This document shows, piece by piece, positions 1 through 9,000 of a stretch of 64,000 nt of DNA; the first letter of the stretch is position 1; each line of letters opens with the position of its first letter. A program made the position numbers and the translations under genes. Below the pieces are notes generated by a model. The model did not search any database. It was not told where the DNA came from and was given only the letters and a program-made list of their open reading frames with translations. This DNA is from Spirochaetia bacterium (GTDB taxonomy: Bacteria; Spirochaetota; Spirochaetia; WTKD01; G963693115): positions 128,001 to 192,000 of the forward strand of contig CBDDCA010000005.1 of NCBI GenBank assembly GCA_965226055.1, read 5' to 3'.

Positions 1-1400
1 TTCCATGTATGAAGAATAGAATCAGCAAAACGCCACTGCGAAAATAATTCATCACTTGACAAAAATAATGAAGCATCATTTATCATAGCACTAAACAATA
101 TTCTATCGTAGCCATTACTATAGTCTATGTCCTTAAATGCATCTTCATAAGGAAAATTCAAATCAGTAGGAATAATTTGTAATGTATTACCGGGTATTTT
201 TGTTTGAACATTCAAACGAATAAATGTTTCGGGCTGAATACGAAATACAAGCCTGTTAGCGTCCAAGTGTATTTTCTCATTATCAGCAGTATTACGAAAA
301 ATATTATGAGGAACTTCCTTAAAATACACAACAAGCTCCGTACATTTCTCCTGAAGTGCTTTTCCTGAACGTATATAAATAGGCACTCCTGACCAACGCC
401 AGTTATCGACATATGTTTTCAATGCAATAAATGTTTCTGTTTTAGAATCTTCTGGGACACCTTTTTCTTGTAAATACCCTTCATATTGAGCACGAATAAC
501 ATTTGTTATGACTTCATTTGCATTGTTATATATACGCAAACTTGAGAGTACTTTATGCTTCTCATTGCGTACACTCTGTGCAGAAAAATCCTTTGGAGGT
601 TCCATAAGAGCCAACGCAAGCATTTGTAATGCATGGCTCTGTACCATATCCTTTAACATACCCGAAGAATCAAAGTAGCCCGCTCTATTTTCCACACGAA
701 TTTTCTCATTCAATGATAACTGAATATGATCAATATATCGTGAGTTCCATAAATTCTCAAATAGAGAGTTTGCAAAACGGAAAAATAAAATATTTTGTAC
801 AGGTTCTTTGCCTAAATAATGATCTATAGAATATATTTGAGCTGGATCAAATATATTTGTAATAAAACGATTAAGTTTGACAGCAGAGATATAATCTTCA
901 CCAAAAGGTTTTTCAAGAACAATTCTTGTATAGGGTTGTTGTCCAATTTTAGTATGAGCAAACTCCTTTCCTCCTGAATTTTTAGTAATAAGTGAAGATT
1001 CTTTTAAGGCTTTGCTTACATTTCTAAACTCTCCCGGAGGCAAGGATAGATAAAAAATACGATTAAGAGATTGATTTGGAACAACCGATAATATATTTTT
1101 TATCTCAGGACATACTGCGTACTGTCCTGAAACATAATGTACAATATCAAGAAATTGAGCATCGTATTTTTTTGTCTTACATAGTTCTTCTTTGTAGCTT
1201 TCTGTTGTAAATTTAGTGCGTCCATAACAAATAATATGAATAGGATCTGGCAATAAACGCGAAACATACAAAGCATGTAACGAAGGAAGCAATTTTTTCT
1301 TAGCGAGATCCCCTGAAGCCCCAAAAATGATAAGACTTACTCCTTTATGAGGACTGACCTGTTCATCAAAATTAGCAACTAAATGTGTATCGGTTGACAT
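1..1400 (-). CDS. zwf: Glucose-6-phosphate 1-dehydrogenase (3' end runs off the window)
   Basis: Manual translation from the ATG at 1400 gives MSTDTHLV...IIFGASGDLAKKKLLPS, then QIYSIDHYLGKEPVQNILFFRFAN, and near position 1 GYDRILFSAMINDASLF. Directly downstream of gnd. Absent from the ORF track because no stop codon falls in the window. Confidence 0.95.
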   Translation of the reverse strand, partial: MSTDTHLVANFDEQVSPHKGVSLIIFGASGDLAKKKLLPSLHALYVSRLLPDPIHIICYGRTKFTTESYKEELCKTKKYDAQFLDIVHYVSGQYAVCPEIKNILSVVPNQSLNRIFYLSLPPGEFRNVSKALKESSLITKNSGGKEFAHTKIGQQPYTRIVLEKPFGEDYISAVKLNRFITNIFDPAQIYSIDHYLGKEPVQNILFFRFANSLFENLWNSRYIDHIQLSLNEKIRVENRAGYFDSSGMLKDMVQSHALQMLALALMEPPKDFSAQSVRNEKHKVLSSLRIYNNANEVITNVIRAQYEGYLQEKGVPEDSKTETFIALKTYVDNWRWSGVPIYIRSGKALQEKCTELVVYFKEVPHNIFRNTADNEKIHLDANRLVFRIQPETFIRLNVQTKIPGNTLQIIPTDLNFPYEDAFKDIDYSNGYDRILFSAMINDASLFLSSDELFSQWRFADSILHTW

Positions 1401-1420
1401 GTTTTTCTTACTCCACTACC

Positions 1421-2827
1421 CTACAAGGATTCCCACTCAGTATGAAAATCTCCTTCCTTATCAATTCTCTTATATGTGTGTGCGCCAAAAAAATCTCGCT
1501 GTGCTTGAATAAGGTTTGCTGGCAAATGCTTTGTTCGTAAACCTTCTAAATACCATAAGGACGTTCCTAGTGCAGTTGCTGGCAATGCATTTTCAACACA
1601 AAGAGCAAGCACCTTTCTTACATGTGCAAGATTATCGCGCACCCGTGTTAAGAAAAAATTATCCTGTAACAGAGTAATTACATTTTTGTCTTTTAATGCA
1701 CGAGACATTTCATCAAGCATAGTTGAACGGATAATACATCCATTACGCCAAATTTCTGCAATAGCAGAGTAGTTTAAGCCAAAATTATATTCTTCATCTG
1801 CTTGACGTAGCATATAAAATCCTTGTGCATATGCAAGAATTTTTCCAGCCAGCAATGTCTTTTCTAAAAGTGAAAAAATTTCTTCTTTTGATGGAATAGG
1901 AACTTGTACTGTTTCTTCCTTGAATAAGGCACTAACAATATCACGTAATTCTCGACTACTAGAAATATAGCGACTATCAAGAGCAGCAGAAATAGCAGGA
2001 AGCGGTGCTCCTAAACGTGCGGCTTCTTGAATTGTCCACATTCCTGTCCCTTTCCCTTTTGCTTCATCTTTTATTTTATCTACTAATATATCCCCTGTTT
2101 CTTCATCTTTTACCGTAAGAATTTTTCGTGTAATATCAATAAGGTAAGAATTTAAGTCAGTAGTACTAAAATAATCAAATAGCTCTACTTGTTCTTGCGG
2201 AGTAAACTTAAAGACATGCTTTGCTATGTCATATATTTCAGCAATAAGTTGCATATCAGCATATTCAATGCCATTATGTACCATCTTTACAAAATGTCCT
2301 GCTCCCCCTGTTCCCATAAAATCTACACATGGAGCTGGATCTTGAGCTGCTACTTTTAATAAATACGGAGCAAGCTCATCATATACTTCTTTTGCTCCAC
2401 CAGGCATAAGAGATGGTCCTTCAAGAGCTCCTCTTTCTCCCCCAGATACTCCCATCCCTAGAAATCGAATATTTTTTTTCTTAAGTTCAGCTTCACGTCT
2501 GATACTGTCACTAAAAAATGAATTTCCTCCATCAATAATAATGTCATCATTTTCAAGGTACGGTACTATATTCTCAATCATAGCGTCTACAGCAGTACCT
2601 GCTTGTACAAGTAAAATAATTTTTCTAGGACGCTCTATTAACTGAACAAATTCCTCCATCGTCTTTCCACCAAAAATTGGTTTTTCTGAATTTTCCGCAA
2701 CAAATTTTTCCATCTTTGATGTGGTTCTATTGAACACTGCTATTGGGATACCTTTGTTGGCAAAGTTTAATACAAGATTTTGCCCCATGACCGCTAACCC
2801 AATAAGTCCTATTTTCGCTTGTGACAT
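1421..2827 (-). CDS. gnd: NADP-dependent 6-phosphogluconate dehydrogenase (decarboxylating)
   Basis: Motifs IGLIGLAVMGQNL, GHFVKMVHNGIEYADMQ, IWRNGCIIRS and LIQAQRDFFGAHTY. AAGGAG RBS upstream. Confidence 0.98.
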   Translation of the reverse strand: MSQAKIGLIGLAVMGQNLVLNFANKGIPIAVFNRTTSKMEKFVAENSEKPIFGGKTMEEFVQLIERPRKIILLVQAGTAVDAMIENIVPYLENDDIIIDGGNSFFSDSIRREAELKKKNIRFLGMGVSGGERGALEGPSLMPGGAKEVYDELAPYLLKVAAQDPAPCVDFMGTGGAGHFVKMVHNGIEYADMQLIAEIYDIAKHVFKFTPQEQVELFDYFSTTDLNSYLIDITRKILTVKDEETGDILVDKIKDEAKGKGTGMWTIQEAARLGAPLPAISAALDSRYISSSRELRDIVSALFKEETVQVPIPSKEEIFSLLEKTLLAGKILAYAQGFYMLRQADEEYNFGLNYSAIAEIWRNGCIIRSTMLDEMSRALKDKNVITLLQDNFFLTRVRDNLAHVRKVLALCVENALPATALGTSLWYLEGLRTKHLPANLIQAQRDFFGAHTYKRIDKEGDFHTEWESL

Positions 2828-2865
2828 ACATACTCCTTATATAATTATATTTCTCAATAAATATA

Positions 2866-2895
2866 GTATACCATGAATATACAGTATCCTTCAAG
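2866..2895 (-). promoter_or_regulatory. Putative sigma70 promoter of gnd-zwf
   Basis: Minus strand reads TTGAAG-18 nt-TATACT, with a TG extended -10 element, about 40 nt upstream of gnd. Confidence 0.45.
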
Positions 2896-2978
2896 TGTAG
2901 TTTTGAAATTTTAGAAATTTTACGGAATACTGATTTTACCAAAAGAGATCATACGAAATGGTAAAAGTACATTTTTTA

Positions 2979-3012
2979 AGGAGCTATTATCTCACATAAG
3001 ACAATAGCTCCT
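2979..3012 (-). terminator. Stem-loop 3' of the giant DUF285 gene (terminator or mRNA-stabilising hairpin)
   Basis: Minus strand AGGAGCTATTGTCT-TATGTG-AGATAATAGCTCCT forms a 14-bp stem with one G-U pair, 25 nt after the stop. There is no clear U-tract. Confidence 0.55.
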
Positions 3013-3037
3013 CCATATCCAAGAGTATACTTATGCT

Positions 3038-6000
3038 CTATTTAGAAGATGGTCCTGTATAGGTTCCTCCTGCCCAATCTGGTGTCTTATGTCTTATAGC
3101 AGTACCAGCAAATGCATTTGTCGCATTAACCTTTTTTGATCCAAAATGATCTTTCCATTCATAGAGATCTCTATCAAATGCTGTTGCACCAGCAAACATC
3201 TCAAACATATTAGTAAGACTGCTGACATCCCACCCTGCTATATTCCTATTAAACGCATGATTGTCATAAAACATACCTTTCATATTTTCAACTTTACTTA
3301 CATTCCAGCCTGATATATTCGCACTAAATGGCCGATAGTACAACCCATAGGATGAAAACATATATGCCATATTCGTAACATTACTTACATCCCAGCCTCC
3401 TATACGACTATTAAAACCATCTGTGTTTGAAAACATATAGCTCATATCTGTCACTTTCCCTACCTTCCAGTCTTTTATATCTCCCCTAAATGATGAACCA
3501 TGAAACATATCTCCCATATCGGTAACATTACTCACATTCCACCTTGATATATCTCCATTAAATTTCGATCCACGAAACATATCTCGCATAGTGGTAACAT
3601 TACTTACATCCCAATTTGATATATCCTTATTAAAACTCGAACTATAAAACAGACCTTTCATACTTGTCACATTCCCTACCTTCCAGTCTGATATATCTCC
3701 ATTAAATCTTGAATTACGAAACATACCATACATAAATTTCACATTATCTACCTTCCATTTCGATATATTCCCCTTAAATGATGTATTAAGAAACATATTA
3801 CTCATATCGGTAACATTACTCACATCCCACCCCGATATATCTCCCTTAAATGATGATGTATGAAACATACCTCCCATATCGGTAACATTACTCACATTCC
3901 AACCTGATATATCCCCATTAAATTTCGATTTATAAAACATACCTCTCATATTTGTCACTTTATCTACCTTCCAACCCGATATATCTCCGTTAAATGACGA
4001 TGTACTAAACATACTTTCCATATCTTCTACTTTATCTACCTTCCAGCCCGATATATCTCCGTTAAATGATGTATCAAGAAACATATTACTCATATCGGTA
4101 ACATTACTCACATTCCACCTTGATATATCTCCAGTAAATTTCGATGCCTGAAACATTTCTTTCATGGTTGTAACATTACTCACATCCCACCTTGCTATAT
4201 TCCCATTAAAATTCCTCAAAAAAGGATCATTAAATACCTTACTCATATCCCTAATATTTCCTGTGTATATGACATTCAAATCTGCTCTATTATTAGTAGA
4301 TATCATCTGCCTTATTGCTTTTATCAATTCTGCTTTATTCGTAGGTTGATATTGATATGTCCAGCTTGGTATTTTATCATTAGGTATCTTAGTCTTATCA
4401 AATATCCCTGGTATGTTTATTTTCCTTCCTGCTACATGCTCTCCCCATGATTCCAAATCTTGATTAAACTCTGTTGCTCCGTTAAACATATATTCCATAG
4501 TAGTTACTGTATCAACTGCCCAGCCCGATATATCTTGATTAAAGGCAGTTGCCTTGTAAAACATATAATCCGTATCGGTAACTTTCTTTACATTCCACCT
4601 TGATATATCTCCATTAAATTGCGCATAGGCAAACATAAAGTACATAGTAGTAACATTACCGACATCCCAACCCGATATATCTTTAGTAAATGGCGAATCA
4701 TAAAACATTGCTTCCATATCAGTAACATTACTTACATCCCATTTCGATATATCCCCATTAAATTGCGATTTATAAAACATATGTTTCATATTACCAACAC
4801 TACTTACATCCCAATCTGATATATCCCCATTAAATTGCGATTCACGGAACATCCAATACATCTGTTCTACATCACTTACATCCCAGCTTGATATATCTCC
4901 AGTAAACTGCGATTTATAAAACATACCTTGCATATAGCTCACATTGCTTACATCCCAGCTTGATATATCTCCAGTAAATTGACTCTCCTTAAACAAATTT
5001 CGCATATTGACAACATTACTTACATCCCAGCCCGATATATCCCCATTAAAACTTTTCAAAGCACTGTCATAAAATACCTCACGCATATCTGTTATGTATC
5101 CTGTATATATTCCATTCAAGTCTGCTGTGTTCCCATCAGGGTTACCATCCCCATCAGCATCTGCTGCCATCACTGTTTTTATATTTGCTATCAAAGCATT
5201 CTTTGTTTTTGGGTAATATGTATATGTACCACTACCGTCATGTATGTGTATGGTAAACTCTTTTGTACGCCTTTTTCCTGCATAATCACCAGTCCCTGTA
5301 AACACAATTATATATTTTCTCAGTGCAAGTGCTTTTGTAGGACTTCCGCTTATCAATCCACTAGCTCCACTTCCTCCACTAAATGTCAAGCCTGTGTCTG
5401 CAGTAAAGGTACTTGGCAGTATACTATAGTCCCCTGTCGCATTAAATGTACTCACTCCAGTATTAGTCAATGGAATACTAATGTTCTGTTGCCCTTTTAC
5501 CATAGTAAATAATGAAGCAACATTGCCTCCATATGTCTGTGATATGCTATATATCCAGCTTGGTATATTTTCATCAGAAACATTAGCATCGGTAAATATA
5601 TTTCCCTTATCCACTGTTCTTCCTGCTATATGCTCTCCCCATGCTTCTAAATCTTGATCAAACGCTGTTGTTTTGCGAAACATATTTTTTATAGTAGTTA
5701 CACTATCAACTGCCCACCCTGCTATATCTCCATTAAATTGCGAAAACCAAAACATGCCATACATATTCCTCACATTACTTACCTTCCACCTTGATATATC
5801 TCCAGTAAATTGCGACTTATAAAACATTGTGTCCATATCGATAACATTACTTACATCCCATTCCGATATATCTCCATTAAATGGCGTACCCCAAAACATA
5901 TGTCTCATATTACCAACACTACTTACATCCCATTCTGATATGTCTCCAGTAAATGGCGTTTCATAAAACATTGCTTCCATATCAGTAACATTACTTACAT

Positions 6001-9000
6001 CCCATTTCGATATATCCCCATTAAATGGCGTTCTATAAAACATATAGCGCATAATAGTAACATTACTTACATCCCAACCCGATATATCCCCATTAAATTT
6101 TGATTGATAAAACATTGTTCGCATAGTGGTAACATTACTTACATCCCAATTTGATATATCTCCATTAAATGACGAATCATAAAACATAGATCGCATGGTT
6201 GTAACATTACTTACATCCCATTTCGATATATCCCCATTAAAACTTGTTAAGTCATCACTAAATAACTCACGCATATCTGTAATATTCCCCGTGTAGATGA
6301 CATTCAAATCGGCACTGTTATCATTAGGACTCCCATCATCATTAGTATCCATCACATCCTTTATCGCTGCTATCAACTCCGCTTTATTGGTAGGAGAGTA
6401 ACTATACTTTCCTGCTGCTACTGTCATGATAAATGGTATCTCATAGCTTTTGCTTGCATAGTCTCCTGTTCCACTAAAGAGCAGTGTATAGCTTTTTGTA
6501 CTTTGTACTTTTGTTGGACTCCCACTTATCGCTCCTGTACTTGCATCTAAGCTAAGCCCTATATCTGTTATGCTCGGAGAGATAGTATAACTCCCCACTG
6601 CCGTAGTAGGCAATTTCTTACTTACTGTTATTGCACCATCTGCTTCTATGGCTTTGCCTACAAACCCACTTATAGTACTGCTTTCGGTTCCTCCAACTGT
6701 AAGCACAAAATCGTAGAGCCATGTAGGTATGTTTTTATCAGAGAGTATCACTCCACTATTATCTGCGGTATTGAATATTTTATCAGTATTTACTGTTCTT
6801 TCTGCTATATGCTCTCCCCATGCTTCTAAATCCTTATCAAAGGCTGTTGCCCCTTGAAACATTGACTCCATAGTAGTCACAACATCAACTGCCCAGCTTG
6901 ATATATCTTGATTAAATGCTCCTGTTTCACTAAACATCTGTTTCATAGTAGCTACCTTGCTTACATTCCAATAGGATATGTCCTTATCAAATGCTGTGTT
7001 CTTATAAAACATTAATTCCATATCTGCAACATTTCGAACATCCCATAGGGTTATATCATTGTTATACGCTGTTTCTCGAAACATCTCGTTCATAGTTGTG
7101 ACATTCCTTACATCCCAGCCTGATATATCCCCTGCATATGACGACTTCTTAAACATATCATTCATATCTGTTATGTTCCCTACATCCCAACTTGTTATGT
7201 CTCCATTTTCTCCTGTAAACTTCGATTCTTCAAACATACTGTCCATCGTAGTTACATTACTGACATCCCAGCCCGATATATCCCCATTAAAATTTCTCAA
7301 GGCACTCTCATTAAATATCCCACTCATATCTGTTATATACCCTGTATATATGACATTCAAGTCTGCTGTATTCCCATCAGGGTTACCATCTCCATCAGCA
7401 TCTGCTGCCATCACCGTTTTTATATCTGCTATCAAAGCTGCATTTGTTTTAGGGGTATAAGTATAAGCACTCACATCCTGTATCGTGAGAGTGAGAGGGG
7501 TACTTTTTTTCCTGCCAACATACCCTCCATTTCCTGTAAATGTTATGGTATACTCTTTTGTAGCCAATGCTACCGTAGGAGAACCACTTATCTCTCCAGT
7601 TGCTGTATCAAATATCAACCCTGTATCTGTAGTAAATGTAGTGGGTACTACACTATAAGTTCCTGTTGCTGCTTTTGGTGTTTTGTCAATAGACAGAACA
7701 ATATTTTTATCACTCGTAGTGAACACTTTCTTATTTACTGTAACGCCTGTATCTTTGTACACAAGAGTATATACCCATGATGGAATTTTTTCATCAGGCA
7801 AATGAGAAAATATGCCTGTTATATCCAGTGGTTTTCCTGATTCTGTTATCTCTGGTATATGCTCTCCCCATGCTTCTAAATCTTGATCAAACGATTTTGC
7901 ACTATTAAACATCTCCTCCATAGTAGTGACTTTCTCAACATTCCACCCTGATATATTTTGATTAAAAGATTTTGCTGATGCAAACATTTTCTTCATCCGT
8001 GTAACATCACGCACATCCCACTTTGATACATCTCCATTAAATGGCGAAGCATAAAACATATATCCCATATCGGTAACATTACTTACATCCCAATCCGATA
8101 TATCTCCATTAAATTGCGAAAGCCAAAACATGCCATACATATCCCTCACATTACTTACCTTCCACCTTGATATATCTCCAGTAAATTGCGATTCATTAAA
8201 CATACCATTCATAGCTATTACATTACTTACATCCCAATCCGATATATCTCCAGTAAATGGCGAACCCCAAAACATAAATCTCATATCACTAACACTACTT
8301 ACATCCCAGCCCGATATATCTCCATTAAATTGCGAATTCATAAACATTGATTCCATAATGGCAACATTACTTACCTTCCACCTTGATATATCTCCAGTAA
8401 ATTGCGAGCCACGAAACATATTACTCATACTTGTTACTTTGCTTACCTTCCAGTTTGATATATTGCCATTAAATGATGTACCAAAAAACATATATTTCAT
8501 AGTAGTTACATTACTTACATCCCAACCCGATATATCCCCATTAAATTGCGATTTATAAAACATGGCGTACATGTTTGTAACATTACTTACATCCCAACCC
8601 GATATATCCCCATTAAAACTTCTCAAGACACTGCCATGAAAAACAGCACTCATATCTGTAATATTCCCTGTATAGATGATATTCAAGTCTGCTTTATTAT
8701 CATCTGGCGTCCCATCACCGTTTATATCCATTACCTTTTTTATTGCTGCTATCAATTCTGTTTTGTTATTAGGGAAATATGCATATTTCCCTTGATTTGC
8801 CTTTACTTCTAATGAAAATGGGATAACAAGACTCTTGCCTTGAAACTTAGCGTCTCCAGTAAAAGTAATTGTATATGCTTTTTTTGCTACTTCTTGTGTT
8901 GCTATTCCTTTTATTATTCCCTTTTGTGCATCAAATGATAATCCTGTATCTGCGGTAAATGTATTAGGTGCTATACTATATTGTCCTGTCGCATGTGATG

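Noticed and set aside
212-1324. Short ORFs listed in the first 1.4 kb
   Set aside because: They overlap the zwf reading frame, which the track missed because it lacks a stop codon in the window.
2934-2966. Inverted repeat TTTTACCA...TGGTAAAA upstream of the gnd promoter
   Set aside because: An 8-bp AT-rich stem with no recognisable riboswitch or operator consensus; support is insufficient.
3038-4330. Diversity-generating retroelement target at the lipoprotein C-terminus
   Set aside because: No reverse transcriptase or non-coding template repeat is in the window, and differences between repeats are not restricted to adenines. An element elsewhere in the genome cannot be excluded.
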